Below are positions 25,001-35,660 of a DNA stretch of 64,000 nt, piece after piece. Where the stretch lies: positions 62,001 to 126,000 of the forward strand of contig DF237056.1 of NCBI GenBank assembly GCA_000708835.1. Reading direction: 5' to 3'. Source of the DNA: Klebsormidium nitens (lineage: Eukaryota > Plantae > Klebsormidiophyceae). Both the position numbers and the translations under genes were made by a program. The notes under the pieces are model-generated. The model did not search any database and was not told the origin of the DNA. It saw nothing but the letters and a program-made list of their open reading frames with translations. Each line of letters starts with the position of its first letter. Position 1 is the first letter of the stretch.

Positions 25001-26624
25001 CAGCGGCTCACCATTTGAGAGGCTGGACCGCGAGCGCTCGGACATAGTGCAAGATGCGGTCCGGGTCGTAAGCGGCAATTGCAGACTTTTCCGCTTCCGC
25101 CCTCTCCTTGCGCAGCCGCTCCTCTCGCTCCTCAGGATCTTCAATGACAATCCCGCGAGCAGCCGCCTTCTGTCTCTCGAGCTCCTGAAAGATAGAGAAA
25201 ATGAAGAATGTAAAACCTGCTTCCCAGGTTCAAGTACCTTCCAAAAGATGAGGTTTCGTATCGTCCCAGCTCGACGCGAAGTTTGCAACTTGGATAGTTG
25301 AAAACCGGCTTTAGAATCTGATTCCAAAGCAACGAAACAGCACAAAAATGCAAGATAGGAGTGTCGGTTGACAAAGCCGAACTCAGCAAAAAGCGCGCGA
25401 GAGCTTCGGGACCAAAAGCGCAAGAGAGCTTAGGCAACCTTTCAGCGACAGCCAACCTCCAAATCATCTTGCGCAAGTTGATCAAGTGGCTGGAAAGTTG
25501 AGAAGTTTTCCGCTTGCAAAATTTATCGCACAGAAAGTTCCGGAATACGTCACCAAAATCTGTTTTCGCACCTCCTGCGCAGCCTCGATGGCATCCTGGA
25601 ATAACCGCCCTCCCCCGCTCTGCTTGGCCTTCATATCCAAGTTGGCCTCAAAGGGCACCAGGTCGTCTGGCTTGTGCCACGCAAACGTCTCATCCCCAAA
25701 AAAGGCGATCAGTAGGTGGCCCGGCTTCTGCAGCTTGCGCGCCTTCTTGCTCGCCTTCTCCGGATCAAACACCTGAGATCGAACCAAAAAGTGGGCTGAG
25801 CTCTCAACTCAGAGGTAACACTCCTGGATTGTTTAGATCATTGCTATGGGAAATGTTTTACAACGCAGAGCGCATTGTGTGAGGATCTCGAGGATGAGGT
25901 CACTAAGTTTCCTCACAGAGCATGAAGCTGTCCTTTTGCCGATTTGAGCTTCCTGACTTGCCGTTGTTTCCTGCCAAACATTGCAGAGTTTGACCCGGTC
26001 AACTTTTCCCCTTCTGTTGCAAGACTTGAAGATTGAAGTCTCTGACCAGAAGTCACGACAGCATGCACGAGGCCCCCCCTTCCTTACCTGGCTCGGCCAC
26101 CAGGGATGCCCTTTCAGCCTTGTCCACACCAGGTCCCCAATCTCATACTCCCCTTCCTTTCGCACCAGCGCCTCCTCCTCCTGCCCCTTGTCCTTCTTCT
26201 GAAACCCGGGCTTCCGTTTCTTCCCCGACTCGCTCTTCTCCGAGACTTTGCGGGCAGCGTCTTCGCTCTTGCCCGCCTCCTCAGCCAGTCCTGTACCGGC
26301 ATCCGATGGACCGGCCTTCTCAGCCCCAACAGCCGCCAACTTTTTCAGTTTCCTACGGTAGACAGGCCCGTTCGGAGGCGCCTCCGAGAATTTCGACGGT
26401 AGCGGCTCGTCCTCCAACAGTGGACTGCTGTCTGGCGCAGGGTCGGGAGCATCTGGTTGCTTCACAACTTGGTTTTCTTCATCCCCCCCTAACTTTGATG
26501 CGCTTGCACCGTCCCCCCCATTTCTCTCATCCCCCCCAGACATTGATGCGCCCTCACCGTCCCCCTCATTTGGCGGAGCCTCGACCTCCCGAAGCTCGTC
26601 CACTTCCATGGAATCCTCCATCAC
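19033..26624 (-). CDS. PWWP-domain chromatin protein, plant PDP type (Tudor/PWWP/MBT superfamily); CDS may begin upstream at ATG 27802
   Basis: EIGDLVWTRLKGHPWWPSQ|VFDPEKAS...LIAFFGDETFAW is a PWWP domain. The later LALFMRFPERFAVPSEAQLKASFVRFG...AAQ|VVFKRSEDADAAFKYCRANTMFGNPRVRYELRE matches the recalled C-terminal domain of Arabidopsis PDP proteins. Pro-rich last exon ends at stop 19033. Exon 27802-27733 (phase 1) would join the acceptor at 26641 in frame. Confidence 0.88.
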
Positions 26625-27947
26625 CCCTGTGCGGTGCTCAACTGGCGACGGCGGTTACAAAAACTCCGCTGCTCAAGCCTGGGCTTCAGCTATCTATCGC
26701 GGGTGCAGATCATTGGTGACAAGTGGTGCAGATTATCGAGTCCACTTCTGTCTTATGCTGCGTGTCCCAAAGACGAGGAGGGAAGGTGGCTGAAACCTCT
26801 GGTCGCTTGGTCTTTTCTACTGTCGTGCTGCAACAACGGGGATGCATTGACATCAGCTTCTAGGATAAAAACGAAAGGCTGCAAGGGAGGCAACGTACAA
26901 GAGCAACTGTGCACAAAATGGTTCGAGAGGACACACTTCTGAAATCTCAAAGCCCAAATCAAAATGCACAGACTTGTCGAGGGCACCAAACTCCCATTCT
27001 TCCGCTCAAAGATGGTGTACTGGGTCTGGCATAAGTAGCATCAGGTTAGACTTTGCTATCATGCGAAGGCAAATGCCAAAGTTCTCTGCGCTGCTGCATT
27101 TCCTTTAAACATGGTGAATCAACACAAAGTTAAAGTGCCAGTCACAATTGCTGGGCTGCACCTTTGTGCACTCCCCAATTTTAAAGAAAGGTTATCACAT
27201 GCGGAGAAAATCAGAGTTGTCCCACTACTGGCGCATTGAAATCAGCACGTAGTCTGCCTCAAGACCGACACATAGTGCAAGCCTTTTCTGGAAAAGATGA
27301 CATGTTTTTTTGGTAATGGTGTAACCCATAAACACCTTCCAAACATCACATGCGAAAGCATTCTGAGTGGGCAATTACCAGAAAGGAGAAGACTTGTCCC
27401 ATGTATGCCTGTTTCAAGGCCTTGCAAGTGCCTCCATTGCCCTGACAAGTTTGCTTTTCTTGCTGAATTTGTGTAAAGACATATCGAGCCCGTGCACAAG
27501 ATCCGTATACGTGCGAATGCGATGTTCTAAATCACGAGAACTTCAGTTTAGAAAAGCGCAAAGACAAACGTGTCTTTCACCAATGCCGCATTCTGCTGAA
27601 GTGCCAAAGTGCAGAGACCGCCAGATTGGCTTCCCAAAACCCCCTATTATTGAGCTGATGTGTCGACCAAAAAAAGAAAACGCGAGATACGCAATCACAA
27701 CAACAACGAGGCGTTCTTCTTTCTGCAATCACCTGACAAAAGACTGCCGTCGCTCCGCAAACTTCTTCTTGTGACCGGTCTTACCGGCCGTCCTCCAGAC
27801 ATGCAAAATATCGTAGCCTTATAATGGTGCTTTTAGAAGGAGCTCAAGCTACAGCCTACAGGAGCGCCCTTCTGATCGAAGTACCTGAAGAGAGAAGCTT
27901 CGGAAGACAAGAATGCTACATGCGAAGCGAGCTTTGCATGACACTAG

Positions 27948-28287
27948 GGGTCTGTCTATACACACAGAGAGGGTGAACTTCTGGTGAATTCGCCGAGAAC
28001 CGAAGGTATTGTTTGCGAAAGTTTACCTTGTCACTCCGGGGGGTAACTTCCGCACGCAAAAGTAGTCCCGCGCGACGGTTCAAAAAAGTTCACCACCGTC
28101 ACCAGGCTTTTTTTGGGGTAGCACTTTGGAACACCGCGGTGAAAAAGCTGACGTTAGGCCGTACTTGCCGGCGAATTGAAAAGTTTACCTGAGTTCACCC
28201 GCGGTATTTTCTTGGCGACGGGAGCACCGCAACCCCTGCTGTACCGTCGCTCAAAACCAAGTTCACCCGCTCTGTGTGTAAAGACCC
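27948..28287. mobile_element. PIF/Harbinger-type (Tourist-like) MITE, 340 bp, TAG target-site duplication
   Basis: Left end GGGTCTgtcTaTACACACAGAGaGGGTGAACTT; right end reverse complement GGGTCTTTACACACAGAGcGGGTGAACTT. TAG at 27945-27947 and 28288-28290. Internal repeats of an AAGTTCACC-like motif in both orientations. Confidence 0.8.
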
Positions 28288-28688
28288 TAGGCCCAGGGCG
28301 TCCCAAACCTCAGATGAGTTGAAAACTTGCAATGCACCGGGATGACCCGTTAGTCACTGCTCGCGACAATTTTACTGCGTACAGCTCACATCAAAGACAC
28401 CTGTGTCAAAGCAGCTGTTGGACCGCATGACCGGATCTTTCTTAACCCAGCAGGAGGTTAAGGTGGGTTGATCCATGCAAATTGTCAGGTGGGCCTTGGC
28501 CGAACATGAGAAGAGAACTCACCTCCCTTGGCACTTCGACTCTCTTTGAAGCCTTTCTTTGCTGGGGCGCCTGCAGCTGGCGACTTCAGACTTTCGTTGC
28601 TCGCATTGGATGGCCCATTCTATCTGACTTTATATCTTGTGAATGCTCTCAGCGTTGGTAGACTGGAGGGCAAAAAGTTGAGGAAACA

Positions 28689-31600
28689 ATGTTAGCCCGG
28701 ACGTTTGTCTGGAGGGCCCGCTTCCTTGCCAGCTGGCCCCGCGAGCCAGTGCCACTTCCCAATCCTTCCTTTTCCAGTGCCGCTTACCAATTCTCTGATG
28801 AAAGGGTTTCTTCTCCATTGCTACAAGGCTCCTGTCAAAAAAGCACTGATAAGAATGGCCCTTCTTCACCACATGTCTCCTCCCACTTTGACACTGAGAG
28901 ACATTCAATGGCAGCGGCTGCTGCACAAGCATTGAACGAACATAGCGGCCATAGTGGAGTCTATCGCCATATCATCTTATCCTCCGTTGCCTCCAGCCTT
29001 GCTCCAACACTAGCATGCTCAGGAGTGGTGCAGTCTCAAAAACCTCTTTTCTCCCACCCACAACTTCCACCAGTCCCATTTGAGCAAAGTGTTCAGCAGT
29101 CATGGTCTTCATCTAAGCAATCAGAATGTCCAAGTGAACATCAAGCAAGCTGGTCTTTTGAGCACATAGGTGGTGCGACAAGACTTTGGGCCAGCGCATC
29201 ACATTGGACCTATGCGAGCAATTTACCTCAGTATAAGCCCCGGAATCCATTGCGGCAAGTAACAAGAGAGGGGTTAAGTCTGAGCCAGACTCGGCAAATT
29301 AGCACAGAAAGAGAGGATAAGCAGAAGCAACCAGTAGAGAGCGCAAGCCTGGCAGACGCACCAGTGGGGCCAACAAATCAAGAGACGGAAGTAAGTGAAA
29401 CAGTGGGGGTCAAAGAAGAAGAAGCGGTTTCAAGTAGGCAAGACACGGAGAAAGCGGAGGGCTGGTCGACTTGGACCAAAGATGAGGCATTTAACTTGCC
29501 CAACGGTATCTCAATGGCGCGGCTGATTTCAGGTCCTGCAATTGGGGGGTGAGCCATGACCATCCCCTTCCCTATCAGGAGATGGTTTAAAGCTAGTGGT
29601 GCAGGACGTTTCACTGGGATGACAAGACTCCTAAGTCGAAGTCAATAATCTCCAGGGCGTCAATCGGTGTTATTCAACAGCGTAACTCTCAGGCTCGCAT
29701 TCCCATGAGTCTCGAGAGGGACCAAACGCAGACGAGCTTCAGACAAGTCACATACAATCGTTTATCAATTTATCTTGTGTAGAATGACGGGGTCACACAA
29801 TACATGCGCGAAAGCGCCCCATGAACCCTGCTGGGCAGAGGCCTTATTATGTATCAAGTCAAGTTTCGCCCAGAATTCTTGAGGGTAAACCCTTCTGTAT
29901 TATCATCATTTACTCAAAAGTTTTAGTAGGTGTGCATGGTGGGAGGCGCATTGTTGACGGAGATTTTCTGTGCAGACTGATTGTCGCTGGCTACCATCGC
30001 GCGGCGTTGGGGGCGCTTGTGGTTGCAGGCCTCAGTGACTGGGTGAGCTCCCTCGGCTCGTTTGTTAAAACACCCTAGTTTCTTACAGCAGGTGCCAGGT
30101 GGCTGCTCGCGTTCTGTGATCGAACTGGGAAAGATTTTCAAAAGCAACCTCAGAACAACTCTGACCTGTTCCTTTACTTGAGGGCAGGGGTCGTAATTCT
30201 GGGAGCTGTATCGTGATAGAGATTTATCTGTAATCTCAGGAGCGATGATCCAGAGTAGGCACGAATGAGGGGAACTTCGTGTTCGTCTAGATTTCACCCC
30301 GTCGATGAGAACCTGTCTTGTTCGGATGAAGGGCCCAGATCTTGAATAGCTCATGCAGATGACTGACGTCAAGCTTGCTCTGATAGTTGGACGGTTATGT
30401 GGCCAAGCACTACAACCATGCGTCCACTCTTGGGTCGTACTTGGACCCTTTGGCTGACAAGGTGCGTTTCTTTCATTGTACTCTTTATTGCAAGGGTAAG
30501 CCACACTCATCTGCAATTACGAGGCAATGTTCTGAAGGAGTTGTTTGAAAAGTCGAATACAATGATAGGCACGGATACTGTCCATACCTTCCGCAAGTAG
30601 ATAGTCGTTCGGGCTTCGGAGCAGCTTTTCAGACGCGTCAAGACAGTTCTGCTAGTCCTGGTTAAAAAGAACGAAGTGACAACAACTACTGATTTGAACA
30701 ACGGTCGCCTGAGAACAATGTTGCGGGCGCGACCAGTCGACCGACCCAGCAGAACCAGAGTGGACAAGTGCCACACCTTCTTCGCTTTCTACTGTACCGC
30801 ACAGCATCAGTAGGATCTCGATTTGCAACGATGCTGAAGTTGCTTCGAGATGAGTCGTTCTTCGAAGTCTCTTGCCGTTCTGATTGACATGATACTAACT
30901 TCTTCTAAAATAGGCGCCTTCTGCTCGAGGTCGACGGATTTGAGGTTGTTGGATGTTTGATTGATCTCATGGGTGTTGGAACTCTCTGCTTGCAGGTGCT
31001 GATGGGGAGCGTGGCTGTTGCGCTGGCCTGGCAAGGGACGTTGCCAGGTAACAGTCTACTCAAATGGAACGGCTAGTAGTCCGCAGTAAGGGAATATATT
31101 GCGAAAAGAATTCGGTAGGCAGAGCACAAAGCAGCCAAATCAAATCCAGATGGGAAAAGTACGCGATCGTTAGGTCGTTTGGGGTTTCAGTCCAAGTCGT
31201 CAGTCCAGTCGATCTGGTGTTTCAAGGTCCCCCACTTTTTTGCCAAGAGATGTGGCTTTGCTGCAACTTCAGGATGAGTATAGCGAACGCTGCGATCGAT
31301 CAGGGCGTGTCATTGTTATCCTCCTTGGCATTTGAGATGTTCCGCAACTGTCTCGAAGCAATGATCTTGGCAACGAAAGACACGGGCAGCTGGTGAGCCA
31401 CTGGCGCTTATTTCTAAATGGAAAAAGCAGGAGAAGCGAGTTGGGAAAATCTGTATGAAGGAAAGCTTGCTGACAGGTGGGCGACCTGTGCAGTGTGGCT
31501 GGTGAGCCTGGTGGTCGCCCGAGACGGTGCGCTCGTGGGGGCTGCCGCGCTGCACCGTGCAAGGACGCTAGGATGGAAGGTGAGCAACAAAAGAATCGTG

Positions 31601-33170
31601 AACCGCTCAGTCGGGCCGAAGCTCGAAAAGCCGTCGTACACTGTGGGGAACATCATATGTGATCCGAGAGGCCTAGAGACTGCAAGGTCGAAATCCGGAA
31701 GAATTGTCGTTGGTCAAGAGGTTGCTTCCACGGAAGACTGGACTGTGCATGGTGGGAAGTGGGACCGACGCTGCTGCCGTGCAAGTATGTGGCTACCTCC
31801 TTCCATTTCGCGTCTCGGGATTCTCTCGCCTCGACGTTCGAGGTTCTGAAGGCCAACGCTTCTCTCTTTTGTAACAGCTTGTGCGTTAGGCTTCGAGTTG
31901 CGTCTCGTGCATAAAGTTTGAATGCCAGCGGCCCTCCTCTGCAGCAGGCTGCCACTCCTTGGTTATCACGTCCAGCAGACATTCAGAGTGTATGCTCGAG
32001 CAGTACCCAGAAGCCTGGCTGACTTGTTGCGACCTCTTGTCGTGGAAACTGATTGAGCTGCCAGCTCATTCTCTTTCAGAAAGCACCCAAATTTATCCAC
32101 TAAGGGAGCGGTGCTTTACGTTGAGGGCTCAATCGAGAATTCAAGCAGAAGCTAAACAGCCAGTCGTACTCACAACAGTTGTTTTTCTATCACGGCGCCG
32201 TTCACAATCGTTTGTCGCTTTTTTGGCAGTGGAACGGCTGGAGCTCCTACTTCCAACTCGGAGAAGGCGGGGCGCCCAAAGTTCGACCGCTTTTCATCAG
32301 CAAGGTAGGGCGTCGCCCTTTCATGCGTCGTCCTGGCGCAAATTTTCGCCGTTCGTCAGCTCAACCTCACAACGAGGATGTTGCGATGGGCTTGACTACC
32401 TAGATCCTCCTGAAATGTCGTTGCCCCTCCTGCTGATACGTGTCCCATGTTGCCCGCAGGCAAACACCGTTTTTCAGCTGGCCCTGGTGGGATCTGCTCT
32501 GACGCACTTGGCTTACGGAGTTCCGGCTCCGGCAGGTGTTTCGGCTCTCTGGTAAGGCCCTCACAGCTATTCACGAAACCGTCTAACAATCGGGATTACA
32601 AGTCTGTCATGTGCCGTCTGCTTTCTTCGACTTTTACGGTCAAGTGGACACCCTGCAAACATTATGCTCTACTACCCGGTTGTCGAAGGGTTGTGCTGCT
32701 CCATTTGTTCATCAGCCAGTTTACTTTACAAGCTTGCGAGGATGTCTCTGGTCGTCCGAGGGTCAACTAGATTCTTTTCTGTGGAACGTCACAATGGAGA
32801 TTGACAATTGCTGGACCCGCTGAAAGACAAGTACGTTGACGAAGTTGACGTCTTCTACGCTCTCTGTTTGAAGAGAAAGAGAGATCCGTTAGTGCGGTCG
32901 CTCGTGTATACAAGCACCAGAAGGCTGATCAGCACGGCTCGAGTTTGTGCCAAAATGTGTGACCGCACGTCATCCTGGGAGCTGTCATTAGTCGGCACGT
33001 TTGGAAGCGACGCGTGTGCTTTGCACCCTTTCAACTTTGAAAATTAAGTCACGTTTGCTCACGGGAAGTCCGGCCTTGTTTTCAGCTATCTGGTGGGCAC
33101 TACGACCATCCTCTCGTGGATCGGCTACCTCATTGTCTATCTACGAAATCCGTCAAGGCTCGTTCTTTAA
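28689..33170 (+). CDS. CLS: Cardiolipin synthase (CDP-alcohol phosphatidyltransferase family), 8 exons, 463 aa
   Basis: Exons 28689-29548, 29976-30042, 30387-30461, 30996-31047, 31494-31579, 32230-32304, 32460-32551 and 33086-33170 total 1392 nt and are phase-consistent. They give FNLPNGISMARLISGP...AGLSDW|LDGYVAKHYNHASTLGSYLDPLADK (CDP-OH phosphotransferase motif)...VARD...KVRPLFISK|ANTVFQL. The N-terminus is Arg-rich and transit-peptide-like. Confidence 0.93.
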
Positions 33171-33609
33171 CAAGGTAGGGTCGATTTGACTTGAACGAGT
33201 GCCAAACGGAGGATCAGCTAGCTTGTAAACGAGATCAAAGGGTTGCCCTGTTTTTGACTTCAGCTCCTAAGAAATGGGGACGTGTCAGGCAGGCAATCCA
33301 TCTTTGGTGGGTCAGCTTAGGTACTTTGTGCTTCGAGGGCGAGACGTCACAGTTGGGCCGGACTTTTGACCTACAAACTTTAGCGACTCATTGATTTGGC
33401 TCCCTTCATTCGTGAATCCCAACCTGGCCGCCCCTATTAGGGAAGTTGCGACAGCCCACGCAAATACGACCAGCTTCTTCTGCCCCTGGCCGTGGTCTTG
33501 GCTTCGGAAGGCACTGATTGGCGGGCCGTAATATATGGCCATACCTATATGTCGCCTTTTATGCATGTACGCCGTACGGTAGGTAACACGGTAGCATGAA
33601 ACGATCACG

Positions 33610-33647
33610 GTACGGGACTATAAAATAAATTGATTGATTGATTGACG
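33610..33647 (+). mobile_element. Extremely 5'-truncated non-LTR retroposon insertion (35 bp plus ACG duplication)
   Basis: Present in copy 1 and absent in copy 2 of the duplication. Contains AATAAA (33624-33629) then (TTGA)4, and is flanked by ACG at 33607-33609 and 33645-33647. Confidence 0.6.
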
Positions 33648-33660
33648 TGCACTGCTGTTA

Positions 33661-34109
33661 GGGCCTGCGCCAACATCGACAGATTTCGGTAGAATGTGTT
33701 GGGTTGACTTTGGCCAGGTGGCACGGTGGTGTCGTACGGTAAAGTACAGTTTTCGACGCCGATGTTCGATAAATGTTGGCGACGCTTGGAGACCCGACAA
33801 ACAAGTAATATTAAATTCGGAAGAAAAAAGCTGGAAAAGCTCTGACACATACCGAGCAGGAATAGTCGAGAATTCTGCCCAGGAAAAGTGCTCGGTTCAT
33901 GACTTTTGGTCACCAACACAATCTGGCAGGCTGACAGGCTAGCCTACCAGATTCTGTTGGTTTTCGGAACAATGATTGGGCAAACTTTCCGCATCGATGG
34001 TACTTTCTGCCGGTGTCCAAGTTTTGGATTGGCATGCGGTCAGGCGGCGTCTCCAAAACCGACACATTCTATCGAAAGCTGTCGATGTTGGCGGCATGCG
34101 ACCAGGCCC
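33661..34109. mobile_element. PIF/Harbinger MITE, 449 bp, TTA target-site duplication
   Basis: Left end GGGCCTGCGCCAACATCGACAGATTTCGGTAGAATGTGT; right end reverse complement GGGCCTG(GTCGCATGC)CGCCAACATCGACAGCTTTCGATAGAATGTGT. TTA at 33658-33660 and 34110-34112. The empty site ctgTTAgcc is visible at 34418-34420. Confidence 0.92.
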
Positions 34110-34112
34110 TTA

Positions 34113-35016
34113 GCCTGTACCGGTACGTTTTGGGTACACTACGCGGTACGGATTGTACGGTAAGGCGCCACGGTGGCCCGTCGGTACAATTCGGTTGCTT
34201 TGGGCTTTCCGTACAGGACGGTTGGCGGTAGGTACCGCGCCATATACCAAACAGTACGTAACCAATTCACACAACCTAGCTTCCGCAGACATTCTCACAA
34301 CCTAGCTTCTCCTGATTGGCGGGCCGTAATATATGGCCATACCTATACGTCGCCTTTTATGCATGTACGCCGTACGGTAGGTAACACGGTAGCATGAAAC
34401 GATCACGTGCACTGCTGTTAGCCTGTACCGGTACGTTTTGGGTACACTACGCGGTACGGATTGTACGATAAGGCGCCACGGTGGCCCGTCGGTACAATTC
34501 GGTTGCTTTGGGCTTTCCGTACAAGACGGTTGGCGGTAGGTACCGCGCCATATACCAAACAGTACGTAACCAATTCTCACAACCTAGCTTCTGCAGACAT
34601 TCTTGAAGCTTGCATGCCGTGCAGCCGTGGTGACCGTACGTACTTCGTACCACCGAACGGTCGAACTTCGTACAAGCAGGAGGTCACGGCACCGGCCCAC
34701 CGGGCACAGTGCCGGGTACATGGGGGTTTTGGCGCCTGGCACCGGTAAAGCCCAGGGGCGCTATAGCAATTGTCTCTCATGGCAAACCCGTTCGACGACC
34801 CACTTCTGCAAGCGGGAAAACGGCAAGTGGTTGCTGTATCGTCGAATGAGCTTGTGCGCAACTTACGAAGTAGGTAGGTTAAAGTAGTAGTGGGTACGGT
34901 ACACTGCATGAAGTACCGTACCTACCTACCTACTAGGTAGGTCTGAACCGACTTCAACCGACGACCCGGGACCGTATAAGGTGTACGTACTACGGTTGGT
35001 ACGGATCTGAGGGTAC
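34113..35016. promoter_or_regulatory. Dense GTAC/CCGTAC motif cluster (candidate SBP-binding array)
   Basis: Manual count of 33 GTAC in about 900 bp versus about 3.5 expected at uniform composition. GTAC is the established SBP-domain core site. The functional role is inference. Confidence 0.4.
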
Positions 35017-35168
35017 TGCGACCGGAGTGTCACCGGACCGGGCGGGAAACTTCAACCGCTCAACTATTAAATACCGGTAAATTTAGGTAGGTATATCAAT
35101 CCAATCAGGATTCGGTACGCCGCCGCCCGTCCTGGTATAAACTACCACGCTTTGCTTTGCCGGGGCTG

Positions 35169-35660
35169 GAGAGGGTTCACTTTGGACTTTGCGGAACAGA
35201 GTATCCTTCTTCGAAAACACGATGTTACTGCGATGACGGAAGCACACGTCATGGTCTGGAACGCGCATTGCGAACGGTCAAATTTACGAATATCAAAAAC
35301 CTTTCGGCATCGAATAATGGACCCAAATGTCCTCCGTAAAACATGTTTTCGAAAGGCGGTCGCCGACCGCCTTTCGAAAACATGATTTACGATTATGACG
35401 TCCGAGTCAGCGATCGAGTGGCTCAGATTCACTCTTGCGCAGTTCGGCCGAAAGTTATGACGTCAAAGTGTACCAAGTGTACCATTCTGTACATCCATGT
35501 GATCGCACGTGGTCTCCGCCGGAACTGATGATGCATTCGACAGCGGTTTTCCCAATGTGAACCCAACTTCAGTTCTCGCTGCTACAACGTCACCACACGT
35601 CATCTGGGTACATCTCAAAACAAAGCGAAAGTTGATCGAAAGTCCAATGTGAACCCTCTC
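35169..35660. mobile_element. Harbinger-like MITE, 492 bp, CTG target-site duplication, with an internal perfect palindrome
   Basis: Left GAGAGGGTTCACTTTGGACTTT; right reverse complement GAGAGGGTTCACATTGGACTTT. CTG at 35166-35168 and 35661-35663. Palindrome at 35342-35384. Confidence 0.85.

Larger units (their letters stand above)
33514..34603. repeat. Tandem duplication of a 292-bp unit: copy 1 at 33514-34295 carries two insertions, copy 2 is 34312-34603
   Basis: Copy 1 minus the 452-bp (MITE plus TSD) and 38-bp inserts equals 292 bp and aligns to copy 2 with about 5 substitutions. The 16-bp junction filler cacaacctagcttctc repeats the unit's own 3' end. Confidence 0.92.

Noticed and set aside
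29923-32555. ORFs of 143-198 aa first suspected to be TE or viral relics
   Set aside because: Explained as introns plus small exons of the cardiolipin synthase gene.
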